In this document: piece by piece, positions 1-11,086 of the stretch | Layout: every line of letters begins with the position of its first letter | Position numbering within the stretch: position 1 is the first letter of the stretch | Source of the DNA: Alphaproteobacteria bacterium | Lineage (GTDB): Bacteria; Pseudomonadota; Alphaproteobacteria; GCA-2731375 | DNA length: 64,000 bases | Direction of reading: 5' to 3' | Assembly (NCBI GenBank): GCA_965225945.1 | Contig: CBDDBZ010000034.1 | Coordinates: 128,001-192,000, forward strand | Translations under genes and position numbers: made by a program | The notes under the pieces: model-generated | The model's database searches: none | Seen by the model: the letters and a program-made list of their open reading frames with translations, nothing else | What the model was told of the DNA's origin: nothing

Positions 1-1
1 C

Positions 2-172
2 GAGGATTACGATACCGACGTGCACACCTTGCCCAAGCACCTCGACGAAAAGGTCGCCCACCTCCATCTGCGAAAGCTCGGCGTGCAATTGACTGAGTTG
101 ACCGCGGTCCAGGCCGAATACATCGGCGTTGCGCCCCAGGGTCCCTTCAAGCCGGAGCACTATCGCTACTAG
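2..172 (+). CDS. ahcY: Adenosylhomocysteinase, 3' end (partial)
   Basis: Manual translation ...[18 protein letters not shown]...QAEYIGV...[10 protein letters not shown] is the typical SAHH C-terminus; not in the ORF track. Confidence 0.93.
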   Translation, partial: EDYDTDVHTLPKHLDEKVAHLHLRKLGVQLTELTAVQAEYIGVAPQGPFKPEHYRY

Positions 173-350
173 AGCGCTCCGGGTTCGAAGCGAACCGCCG
201 GGCCGCCCCGCTTTCCCTCCGGGCCACCCAGGAATGGTGCCCTCGCGGCTTGGAAAGGGCGCGAGGCGGTCGCGATTTATCTCGATCACCATAACCTCCG
301 AGCCCGCGCCCGGCCCGTCGTCGCTGGCGGCGAGGTCGGCGGAACGCTTG

Positions 351-358
351 TTAACCAT
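351..358 (+). promoter_or_regulatory. Possible CtrA half-site TTAACCAT upstream of divL
   Basis: Exact TTAACCAT in a GC-rich intergenic region upstream of a cell-cycle kinase gene. Confidence 0.4.
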
Positions 359-441
359 CCCATTCGTTGCTTAGATCCCCCGGGTCCCCGTCGGCCGGGC
401 GCAAGCGCGCGCTGTCGGCCGTGGGGTCGGAGAGGTTCGCC

Positions 442-2874
442 ATGACCATGCTCAGATCATCGACCGTCGCCGTCGGCTGCGTCTTGCTCGGTGCCTCGCC
501 CGCGCTTGCCGCCTACGGGCCCTACGAAGCACCCGTGTTTTTCACCATGGCGACGGTGATGCTGCTGGGGCTGGCGGCGCCGCTATTGTGGTGGCACGGA
601 CGGGTCTCGTTGCGCCGCGCCGTCGCCACCATCGAGACGCTCGGACGGCGGCTCGACGCCTGGCCCGACGGTGGCATTCGGCTTGAGGCGGACGGCGGTC
701 GCGTCTACGGCCGTCTCGGCGCGGTGCTCGGCGACGACGATCCCGAAGCGAGGCCGAAGGCGCTTCATGAATTGCTGGCCCCGCTGTCGGACGCGGATCG
801 CGAGGCGGTGCTGTCGGCCGTCGCCGCGTTGGACGGCGGCGAGGCGCCGCGCCTCACCGTCGAGACGGAGGAAGCCGATCGCTGTTACGATATCCTCGGC
901 GTGACCGGCGGCGACGAGCGGATCCTCGCCTTCCGCGACGTCACCGCGTGCCATACCCGCGGCCGCGAGGCGGAAGCCCGCGCCGCGCGGGCCGAGGCCG
1001 AGGCCCGTCGCATCGGCGAGATCGTCGAGGTGGTGGCGATACCGCTCTGGCGGCGCGACGCCGAGCAACGGATCCAGTGGTGCAACAGGGAATACGCGCG
1101 GGTCGTCGGCGTCGAGGCCGAGGAGATCTCGCGGCGGAGTGGTGTCGAGATCGAACCTTCGATCATGGCCGGCGATGCCATCCGGCTCGCCCAGGGCGCG
1201 CTCGCGCGCGGGGAGGCGGCGATCGCGGAGCGACATTTCGTCGTCGGCGAACAGCGCCGCGTGTTCGAGATCACGGAAAGCATCGATCATTCCGGCACTG
1301 GCACGATCGGCTGCGCGGTCGACGTGACGGATCGCCATGAGATTCGCGTCGACCATCGTCGTTTCGTCGAGGCCACCAGCGACGTTCTCAACAACCTCAA
1401 CTCCGCCATCTCCATATTTGGCGCGGATCGGAGATTGGCGTTCTTCAACGACGCGTACGCCCTGCTCTGGCAGCTCGACGTCGAGTGGCTGTCCGCCGCT
1501 CCGAGCCACGCCGAACTGCTGGATGCGATCCTCGAACGCAGGCTCCTGCCCGAGCAGGCCGATTTCCCCGCCTATAAGGCACGGGTCATGGCGCTCTACA
1601 CCAATCTGCTGGGCACGTCGGAGGAGTTCGACTATCTGCCGGACGGCAGGACGCTCCGCTCGCTCACGGCGCCCTATCCCCTGGGTGGCTTGCTGTTGGT
1701 CCACGAGGACGTGACCGATCGCCTGCGGCTCGAACGCTCCTACAACACCCTGATCGCGGTGCAGCGGGAGACGCTCGACAATCTGCATGAAAGCGTCGCC
1801 GTCTTCGGTAGCGACAGCCGATTGAAACTCTATAACCCCCAGTTTTCCGAAATGTGGCGCCTGACGGAGCGAAATCTCGGCGGAGAGCCCCACATCAGCG
1901 AAATCATCGAGGCGGCGATCGAAGCCTTCGGGCGCCCGAGCGAATGGATCGAGCAGTTGCCGCGTTTCGCCGATCTCATCGCCGAACAGCGGGCCGTCAG
2001 CCGGCGCATGGAGCGCCCCGACGGCAGCGTCATCGACTTCACCACGATGCCGCTGCCCGACGGCAACCTGTTGGTGACCTATCTCGACGTCACCGACGGG
2101 GTACGCATCGAACGTGCGCTCAGGGAGCGTAACGAGGCCCTGCAAACGGCGGATCGCCTGAAGACCGAGTTCATCGCCAACATGTCATACGAGCTGCGTT
2201 CGCCGCTCAACGTGATCCTCGGCTTCGTCGAGATCCTGGACCAGGAATACTTCGGCCAACTCAACGAAAAGCAGAGAGAATACTGCGCCGGAATCATCGA
2301 GTCCTCGCATCGTCTGCTGGCCCTGGTGAACGATATCCTCGATCTCGCCAGCGTCGAGGCAGGACAACTCGAGCTCGACCTCTCCACCTTCGATGTCGCC
2401 ACCCTGTTGGCGGGGGTCATCGATCTGACCCGCGAACACGCCCGCTCGCGCGGCATCGTCCTGGAGCTGGAATGCCTGCCCGAACTCGGCGAAATCACCG
2501 GTGATGCCCGCCGCCTTCGTCAGGTGATGATGAACCTGTTGAGCAATGCGTTCCAATACAGCCATCAGGGCAGTCGGGTCGTCGTCCTCGCCGGGCGCGC
2601 GGAAGACGGCGTCGCCATCACCGTCGTCGACGAGGGCATCGGCATCGAGGCCGAGCACCAGAATTGCGTTTTCGAGCGCTTCGACAGGGGCGGGCGGACG
2701 CGGAGCGGCTACGGCGCCGGATTGGGATTGGCCTTGGTGAAGAGCTTCGTCGAGCTGCACGGCGGCCTGGTCGCATTGGAGAGCGACGTCGACATCGGAA
2801 CCAAAGTGACGGTCTCGCTGCCCTCGGTGCCCCGGACCGAGACGCCGGAGGACGAGGTTCGCTTGGAGGCCTGA
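442..2874 (+). CDS. divL: DivL-like PAS-domain sensor pseudokinase
   Basis: N-terminal TM, several PAS-like repeats, HisKA box NMSYELRSPL (Tyr replaces His), HATPase boxes NLLSNA/DEGIGI/GAGLGL; follows ahcY; start uncertain (367 or 442). Confidence 0.85.
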   Translation: MTMLRSSTVAVGCVLLGASPALAAYGPYEAPVFFTMATVMLLGLAAPLLWWHGRVSLRRAVATIETLGRRLDAWPDGGIRLEADGGRVYGRLGAVLGDDDPEARPKALHELLAPLSDADREAVLSAVAALDGGEAPRLTVETEEADRCYDILGVTGGDERILAFRDVTACHTRGREAEARAARAEAEARRIGEIVEVVAIPLWRRDAEQRIQWCNREYARVVGVEAEEISRRSGVEIEPSIMAGDAIRLAQGALARGEAAIAERHFVVGEQRRVFEITESIDHSGTGTIGCAVDVTDRHEIRVDHRRFVEATSDVLNNLNSAISIFGADRRLAFFNDAYALLWQLDVEWLSAAPSHAELLDAILERRLLPEQADFPAYKARVMALYTNLLGTSEEFDYLPDGRTLRSLTAPYPLGGLLLVHEDVTDRLRLERSYNTLIAVQRETLDNLHESVAVFGSDSRLKLYNPQFSEMWRLTERNLGGEPHISEIIEAAIEAFGRPSEWIEQLPRFADLIAEQRAVSRRMERPDGSVIDFTTMPLPDGNLLVTYLDVTDGVRIERALRERNEALQTADRLKTEFIANMSYELRSPLNVILGFVEILDQEYFGQLNEKQREYCAGIIESSHRLLALVNDILDLASVEAGQLELDLSTFDVATLLAGVIDLTREHARSRGIVLELECLPELGEITGDARRLRQVMMNLLSNAFQYSHQGSRVVVLAGRAEDGVAITVVDEGIGIEAEHQNCVFERFDRGGRTRSGYGAGLGLALVKSFVELHGGLVALESDVDIGTKVTVSLPSVPRTETPEDEVRLEA

Positions 2875-3046
2875 AAGTCCGGTCGGAACCGTTGTACGCT
2901 TCGCTCGGAATAGGCCGACGGAGATAATTCGCCGATCTCGCCATGACCCGACCGTTTGGCGCACGAGCGTAACGGCGGGACAGGGGACGGCTTTCTCGCG
3001 ATCGCCCTTCCGCGCGAGCGGCCGATGGTGGTAAAAGCCCGCCACC

Positions 3047-4846
<1,800 letters not shown>

Positions 4847-4978
4847 TACCAAGCGCCATAAATGGCGATGCCCCGACCGCCATCAAGATCGCCAACCGCC
4901 GCCGCCTGTGGACCGCTTGCGTGAGAATTTTCAGGCGATGACGGCGGCGGCGAGATATTCCATGGTCGCGCCCCCCGC

Positions 4979-6038
4979 CTACGGCTTCAGCACCACGCGT
5001 CCCAGCACGTTGCCCGCCGTCAGGTCGTCCAGCGCGCTGTTGACGGCCTCCAGCGGCCGGGCCTCGATCGGGATCGGCGATACCCGGCCGGCCGGCCTTC
5101 ACCAGCTCCATCAACTCGCGCATCTCGTTCAGGTTGCCGACGTAGGAGCCGATCATGGAGAGCATCTTCAGCGGGAAGAAGGGCAGCGGGACTTGGCTTT
5201 TATCGCCGTAGAGCCCGACCTGGACCTGCCGCCCGCCCTTCCTGAGGCACTCGACGCCGAAGCGCGAGGTCTCCGGCCGGCCGACGAAATCGATCGTCGC
5301 GGCGGCCCCGCCACCGGTCATTTCCAGCACCTTTTGAATCGCGTCGGGCTCGCTGTTGTCGATGGTCTCGTGGGCGCCGACCTGGCGCGCGGCGGCCCGC
5401 TTGGTGCCGTCGACATCGGCGCAGATCACCTTGGCCGGGGTCACGGCGGAGGCGAAGTGCACGGCGCTCAAGCCGACCCCGCCGGCGCCGATCGTCATCA
5501 GATAGTCGTCCGCGCCCAAGTCGCCGATCTTGCGCAGCGCGCTGTAGGCGGTCAGGCCCGAACAGGCATAGGTGCAGGCGAGGTTCTGCTCGATCCCGGT
5601 GTAGTCGATCAGATACTTGGCGTCCGGCACGATCACATAGTCGGCATAGCCGCCGTCGACCCGGGTGCCGATGACCCTGGGGGTGGCGCAGAGCAACTCG
5701 GTCTCGGCATCCTGGCAGTGCACGCAATTGCCACAGCCGATCCAGGGATAGACGATGTAGGAGGCGCCGAGTTCCACGCCCTCGGCCTCCGGGCCCAGCT
5801 TCTCGACCGTGCCCAGCGGCTCGTGCCCCATGGTGAAGGGCGGGTGCACGCCGCGATCCTCGACCCGGATAAATTCGCCGTCGCCCAGATCGAAGCCGCC
5901 GGACCAGATGTGCAGGTCGGAGTGGCAGACGCCGCAGGCGGTGACCCGGACCAGCACCTCCTTGCCCACGGGCTCCGGCGTCGGAAACTCGCGCAGCTCC
6001 AACGGCTTGCCCCATTCAATGACTTGCATGGCGCGCAT
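4979..6038 (-). pseudogene. Zn-dependent alcohol dehydrogenase with a 4-bp frameshift near the 3' end
   Basis: CGVCHSD, GHE, CxxCxxC and GAGGVG motifs; the expected C-terminus (VSPIPIEARPLEAVNSALDDLTAGNVLGRVVLKP*) is in another frame after an extra CCGG near 5085-5096. Confidence 0.8.
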
Positions 6039-6142
6039 GGTCCCGTCCTCCCGCTCGACTCGGATAATCACGAGCCGGCATCATAGCCGCGTCGATGCTC
6101 GGGCGTCACCCCGTTACGCGCGGCCCGCGAGCGGGCTCGGGC

Positions 6143-6475
6143 TCAGCCGCCGGGAGGTGTGTAGTCGCCCGCCTTCTCCGCCGCCCGCGCGAAGATCGGG
6201 ACCGCGTCGGCGGCGCGAATCAGAGGCGTCGTCTTCAGCCCCGAGACCGCGCCGCTGCCGGCCACCGACAGCAGGATCGCCATCGCCGTCTCGGTGTCGG
6301 GCGCCTCGATGATCGCCATCACGTCGTGCTCGCCCATGGTGAAGAAATAGTCGTGCAGCTTGCCGCCGTGCGCCTCGCAGAGCTTGCCGACCGCCGCCGA
6401 GCGGTCCTGTGGATTGGCCAGCAGCGCCCGCCAGGCCTCCGCGCCGATGCGCGCCTGGGTCATGAACATCGCCAT
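6143..6475 (-). CDS. GYD-domain protein
   Basis: 110 aa, NPQDRSAAV...GGKLHDYFFTMGEHD...KTTPL pattern; RBS GGAGG upstream. Confidence 0.8.
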   Translation of the reverse strand: MAMFMTQARIGAEAWRALLANPQDRSAAVGKLCEAHGGKLHDYFFTMGEHDVMAIIEAPDTETAMAILLSVAGSGAVSGLKTTPLIRAADAVPIFARAAEKAGDYTPPGG

Positions 6476-6561
6476 TGGTTTTCCTCCCTTTGCTTGCCGC
6501 AGCGAAGCCGGAAGGATAGCGCCCCGGCGGCGGCGGCGCTAGGGCGACGCCGGAAGCCACC

Positions 6562-6963
6562 GTGAGAGCCTATTTCCGCGCCATGCGCGCGCGCAACGAC
6601 AATCCGAACCTGGCGCTCTATTCCCGGGCGAGCCGCGCCATGCTGGCCCACTGGACGGTGACGCCGGCACAGATGGACAACATCGCCAAGACCTACCGCG
6701 GCTGTGGCGCGGAGCCCGCGCGCATCGCGCCCTCGGGCGATCTCGCCGTGGTCCGCTACCCACCGGCGGCGCGGGCCTGCGCGCCCTGGTTCCTGGTCCG
6801 CGAGGGCGGCCTCTGGCGGCTCGACCTGACGATGATGCAGGGCGCGCTCCGCTTCGGCCGGACGAACGCCTGGCGGCTCGACCCCGGCGCCTCGCACCCC
6901 TATGGCTTCGCCTTCGCCGACTGGCGCTTCGACCGCCACGGCTTCCCCAGGGTGGCGAAATAG
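6562..6963 (+). CDS. Hypothetical protein, possibly a C-terminal remnant
   Basis: Coding-like composition (W/Y/F-rich, two Cys) but no clear RBS or start. Confidence 0.5.
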   Translation: MRAYFRAMRARNDNPNLALYSRASRAMLAHWTVTPAQMDNIAKTYRGCGAEPARIAPSGDLAVVRYPPAARACAPWFLVREGGLWRLDLTMMQGALRFGRTNAWRLDPGASHPYGFAFADWRFDRHGFPRVAK

Positions 6964-7141
6964 CGCGCCCGCTTGGGCCGCCGATCAGCCGAACGAGGCG
7001 GAGAAGGTTTGGCGGGCGTTTGGGGGTGAGGGTGCCAGACTAGCGCTCCCCCCTCGCTGCCGCTATCTTTCGGCGCGATCGAGGCGCGGGGAGAGGGGCG
7101 GCGTGGGCGACGGGGGCGGCAAGGTCTCTTACAGGCCGACG

Positions 7142-7612
7142 GTGCACGCGGTGGGGCTGGCCGTGGCGCTGGCCGTCGTCTGGTTGCTACTCTCGAGCCA
7201 CGACGAGGCGCTGATCCTGGGCTTCGGCCTCGCCTCGGTGGCACTCTGCGTCACGATCGCCATGCGGATGGACCTGGTCGACCACGAGGGCGCGCCGATC
7301 CATCTGACTTTGCGCTTCGTCGCCTACCTGCCGTGGCTGGCCCGCGAGGTGGTCAAGGCCAACATCGACGTCGCTGGCCGTGTGATCCAGCCCGTCCCCG
7401 ATATCAGCCCCGAGCTGTTCGACGCGCCGGCGAGCCAGCGGACGGATCTCGGCCAGGTAATCTACGCCAACTCCATCACGCTGACGCCGGGCACCGTCTC
7501 GGTCGATCTCGATCCGGGCGTGATCCGGGTCCATGCCTTGAGCCGCGAGGGCGCCGACGGGCTGCGGGAGGGGGAGATGGACCGCCGCGCCCGCGCCGTC
7601 GAGGGCAACTAG
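7142..7612 (+). CDS. mrpE: Na+/H+ antiporter subunit E
   Basis: ANSITLTPGT and VHAL motifs; GTG start at 7142 inferred. Confidence 0.92.
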   Translation: MHAVGLAVALAVVWLLLSSHDEALILGFGLASVALCVTIAMRMDLVDHEGAPIHLTLRFVAYLPWLAREVVKANIDVAGRVIQPVPDISPELFDAPASQRTDLGQVIYANSITLTPGTVSVDLDPGVIRVHALSREGADGLREGEMDRRARAVEGN

Positions 7613-7629
7613 TCGACACGGGTCAGCAC

Positions 7630-7929
7630 ATGTTCCTCCTCGCCACCATCGCCATCCTGATCGCCATGGCGCTCGCCTTGGCCCGAGCCTGCCTCGGGCC
7701 GACGATCTTCGACCGCATCCTGGCGGTGAACAGCTTCGGCACCAAGACCGTGCTGCTGGTCGCCGCGCTCGGTTTCTTGATGGGCCGGCCCGACTTCCTC
7801 GATATCGCCCTGGTCTACGCGCTGATCAACTTCATCGGCACGGTGGCGGCGCTGAAATACGTGAAATACGGCGATTTGGCGCTGCTGAGCAAGGATCCGG
7901 CGCGTTCCCGTGAGGAGGGCCGAGGATGA
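7630..7929 (+). CDS. mrpF: Na+/H+ antiporter subunit F
   Basis: GPTIFDRILAVN...DIALVYALINF. Confidence 0.92.
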   Translation: MFLLATIAILIAMALALARACLGPTIFDRILAVNSFGTKTVLLVAALGFLMGRPDFLDIALVYALINFIGTVAALKYVKYGDLALLSKDPARSREEGRG

Positions 7930-8249
7930 GCCTGCTGGTCGAGGGCTCGAGCTGGATCCTGATTGTCGCCGGCGCCCTCTTCGTCGTCATCGGCGCAGTC
8001 GGCCTGGTCCGCCTGCCCGACTTTTACACCCGGCTGCACCCCGCGGGCGTCACCGATACTCTCGGCGCCGGGCTGCTGCTGGCCGGCATGGCGCTACAGG
8101 CGGGCTGGAGCCTGGTGGCAGTGAAGCTGGGGTTGATCTTCCTCTTCCTGATGCTGACCAGCCCGACCGCGAGCCACGCCACCGCGCGGGCGGCGCTGGC
8201 GGCCGACTTGGCGCCCTGGCTCGGCCCGCGTGAGGATGAGGGAGGCTAG
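7926..8249 (+). CDS. mrpG: Na+/H+ antiporter subunit G
   Basis: GLVRLPDFYTRLH, TSPTASH; ATGA overlap with mrpF. Confidence 0.92.
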   Translation: MSLLVEGSSWILIVAGALFVVIGAVGLVRLPDFYTRLHPAGVTDTLGAGLLLAGMALQAGWSLVAVKLGLIFLFLMLTSPTASHATARAALAADLAPWLGPREDEGG

Positions 8250-8251
8250 AA

Positions 8252-8827
8252 ATCGAGACCTTCGTCAACATCGTCCTGCTGGCCTTCCTCGGCGTCACCG
8301 CGATCGCCATCCTGAGGCTCCGCGACCTCTTCGCGGTGGTGATGCTGTCGGGCATCTACAGCCTGCTGTCGGCCTCGATCTTCGTGGTGCTGGACGCGGT
8401 CGATGTCGCCTTCACCGAGGCCGCGGTCGGCGCCGGCATCACCACGGTGCTGATGCTGGGCACGCTGGCGCTGACCCGCGGCCGCGAGAAGATCCCGGTA
8501 CACACGCCCCTGCTGCCGCTGGCGGTGGTGGCAATCACCGGCGCGGTGCTGATCTACGGCACCGCCGACATGCCGGCGTTCGGCGATCCCCAAGCGCCGG
8601 CGCAGCAGCACGTTGCGCCCAGATACCTGAGCGAATCGCCGAGGGAGACCGGCATTCCCAACGTCGTGACCTCGGTGCTGGCGAGCTACCGGGGCTACGA
8701 CACGCTGGGCGAGACGGTGGTGATCTTCACCGCCGGCGTCGCGGTGCTGATGCTCTTGGGCGGCGTCCGCCGCCGTCGCCGGCCGGAGGACGAGGGTGAA
8801 GGTGAAGGCGGGGGGCAAGCGCCATGA
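8252..8827 (+). CDS. DUF4040/MnhB-related Mrp subunit (equivalent to the MrpA C-terminal part)
   Basis: AVDVAFTEAAVGAG and NVVTSVLASYRGYDTLGE; hydrophobic frame open from about 8240 with no canonical start before 8336. Confidence 0.85.
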   Translation: METFVNIVLLAFLGVTAIAILRLRDLFAVVMLSGIYSLLSASIFVVLDAVDVAFTEAAVGAGITTVLMLGTLALTRGREKIPVHTPLLPLAVVAITGAVLIYGTADMPAFGDPQAPAQQHVAPRYLSESPRETGIPNVVTSVLASYRGYDTLGETVVIFTAGVAVLMLLGGVRRRRRPEDEGEGEGGGQAP

Positions 8828-9258
8828 GGCATCACCGGGTGCTGCGCATAGTCACCAAGCTGTTGATCCCCTTCATCCTGCTGTTCGCGCTCTATGTCCA
8901 GTTCCACGGCGACTTCGGACCGGGCGGCGGCTTCCAGGCGGGGGTGATCTTCGGCGCCGCCTTCATCCTCCATGCGCTGGTCTTCGGGCTGGAGAGCACC
9001 AGGCGGGTCGCCCCCCCGGCGCTGGTGATCCGGCTGATGGCGCTCGGCGTCGTGCTTTACGCCGGCGTCGGCCTGGTCGCCTTGCCGCTCGGCGGCAACT
9101 ATCTCGACTATAACGTGCTGGCGGGCGAGCCGGCGGCCGGCCAGCATCTCGGCATCCTGCTGGTCGAGCTCGGCGTCGGCATCACCGTCGCTGCGACCAT
9201 GATCACGATCTTCTTCCTCTTCGCCGGCCGCTCGGGCGAGCGGGAGGCTGAGGAATGA
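8824..9258 (+). CDS. mrpB: Na+/H+ antiporter subunit B
   Basis: HGDFGPGGGFQAG motif. Confidence 0.92.
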   Translation: MRHHRVLRIVTKLLIPFILLFALYVQFHGDFGPGGGFQAGVIFGAAFILHALVFGLESTRRVAPPALVIRLMALGVVLYAGVGLVALPLGGNYLDYNVLAGEPAAGQHLGILLVELGVGITVAATMITIFFLFAGRSGEREAEE

Positions 9259-9608
9259 ATTTCCTCGCGCACTACAACTATTGGATCGTCATCCTGTTGA
9301 TGATGATCGGCCTCTATATCGTCGTCAGCCGCGGCAACCTGGTCAAGAAGATCGTCGGCCTCAACGTCTTCCAGACCTCGGTCTTCGTGCTCTACATCTC
9401 GATCGGCAAGGTCGAGGGCGGCACCGCGCCGATCATCGAGGCGGCCTATACCACCTACTCGAACCCGCTCCCCCATGTCCTGATCCTGACCGCCATCGTC
9501 GTCGGGGTCGCCACCTCGGCGCTCGGCCTGGCGCTCGTGGTCCGGATCCGCGAGGCCTACGGCACGATCGAGGAGGACGAGATCGACCACCGGGACGACG
9601 ACGGGTGA
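9255..9608 (+). CDS. mrpC: Na+/H+ antiporter subunit C
   Basis: NPLPHVLILTAIVVG motif. Confidence 0.92.
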   Translation: MNFLAHYNYWIVILLMMIGLYIVVSRGNLVKKIVGLNVFQTSVFVLYISIGKVEGGTAPIIEAAYTTYSNPLPHVLILTAIVVGVATSALGLALVVRIREAYGTIEEDEIDHRDDDG

Positions 9609-11086
9609 TCGTCCCCCACTTGCCGGCATTGCAGGTTGTGCTGCCGCTGATCGCGGCGCCGATTTGCGTGCTCCTCGGCAACGCCCGGCTGGCTTGGGGC
9701 CTCGCAGTGGCGGTGAGCTGGGCGGCGCTGGCGATCTCCATCGCGCTACTGGTCCAAACGCTCGAAGGCGGCGATATCTCCTATCTCCTGGGCTCCTGGC
9801 CCGCGCCCTGGGGGATCGAGTACAGAATCGACGTGCTGAACTCACTTGTGCTGCTGCTGGTCAGCGGCACGGCCGCGGTGGTGCTGCCCTTCGCCAGGCG
9901 CAGCGCGGCAATCGAGATCGCGCCGCACCTGCAGCACTACTTCTACTGCATGATGCTGCTGTGCCTGGCGGGACTCTTGGGCATCGCGATCACCGGCGAT
10001 GCCTTCAACGTCTTCGTCTTCCTGGAGATCAGCTCGCTCTCGACCTACGCGCTGGTCGCGATGGGGCGGAATCGCAAGGCGCTGACCGCCGCGTTTCAGT
10101 ATCTGGTGATGGGGACGATCGGGGCGACCTTCTTCCTGATCGGCGTCGGCCTGCTGTACATGATGACCGGCACCCTCAACATGGCGGACCTGAGCGTCCG
10201 GCTGGAGCCCTTGCACCAGACCCGCCCGGTGCTCGCGGCCTATGCCTTCATCGTCGTCGGCATGGCCTTGAAGCTGGCGCTGTTTCCCCTCCATCTCTGG
10301 CTCCCCAACGCCTATACCTACGCGCCCAGCGTGGTCAGCGCCTTCCTCGCGGCGACGGCGACGAAGGTTGCGATCTACGTCCTGCTGCGCTTCACCTTCA
10401 CCATCTTCGGCGCCGATTTCGCCTTCGGCGTCCAGCCGATGAGCCTGATGCTCTTCGTGCCCGCCCTGCTCGCCATCTTCGCCGGCTCCCTCGTCGCGAT
10501 CTTCCAGGAGAACACGAAGCGCCTGCTGGCCTATTCCTCCGTCGCGCAGATCGGCTACATCGTGCTCGCCATCGCGCTGGCGACGGCGGCGGGCCTCGAA
10601 GCCGGCCTGGTGCACCTGTTCAACCACGCGGTTATGAAGGGGGCGCTGTTTTTGGCGCTGGGCTGCGTGTTTTATCGGATCGGCTCGGTCGCGCTGGCCG
10701 ACATGGCCGGCTTGGGCAAGGAGATGCCGTTCACCATGGCGGCCTTCGTGATGGCGGGCTTGAGCCTGATCGGCGTGCCGCTGACCGCCGGCTTCATCTC
10801 CAAGTGGCTGCTGCTGCAAGCGGTCCTCGACCTCGGGTTGTGGTGGCTGGCGCTTCTGATCCTGCTCTCCAGCCTGCTGGCGATCATCTATATCTGGCGG
10901 GTGATCGAGGTCGCCTATTTCCAGCCGGCGCCCCCGCGCCGCGTCGCCGCGCGCGAGGCACCGCTCTCGCTGCTGCTGCCGACCTGGACGCTGGCGCTCG
11001 CCAACCTCTATTTCGGCATCGAGACCTCGCTGCCGATCGGCCTTGCGCGACGGGCGGCAGCCACGCTGGTCGGAGCTTCGTCGTGA
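9605..11086 (+). CDS. mrpD: Mrp antiporter subunit D (copy 1)
   Basis: NuoL/M/N-like: FVFLEISS, KLALFPLHLWLP, KRLLAYSS; GTG start overlaps mrpC stop. Confidence 0.9.
   Translation: MIVPHLPALQVVLPLIAAPICVLLGNARLAWGLAVAVSWAALAISIALLVQTLEGGDISYLLGSWPAPWGIEYRIDVLNSLVLLLVSGTAAVVLPFARRSAAIEIAPHLQHYFYCMMLLCLAGLLGIAITGDAFNVFVFLEISSLSTYALVAMGRNRKALTAAFQYLVMGTIGATFFLIGVGLLYMMTGTLNMADLSVRLEPLHQTRPVLAAYAFIVVGMALKLALFPLHLWLPNAYTYAPSVVSAFLAATATKVAIYVLLRFTFTIFGADFAFGVQPMSLMLFVPALLAIFAGSLVAIFQENTKRLLAYSSVAQIGYIVLAIALATAAGLEAGLVHLFNHAVMKGALFLALGCVFYRIGSVALADMAGLGKEMPFTMAAFVMAGLSLIGVPLTAGFISKWLLLQAVLDLGLWWLALLILLSSLLAIIYIWRVIEVAYFQPAPPRRVAAREAPLSLLLPTWTLALANLYFGIETSLPIGLARRAAATLVGASS

Noticed and set aside
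9664-11082. N-terminal extensions giving a 960-aa MrpD or 810-aa SBP (49332-51764) fusion
   Set aside because: Extensions are Arg/Gly/Pro-rich alternate frames overlapping neighbouring genes; true starts are overlapping GTGs.
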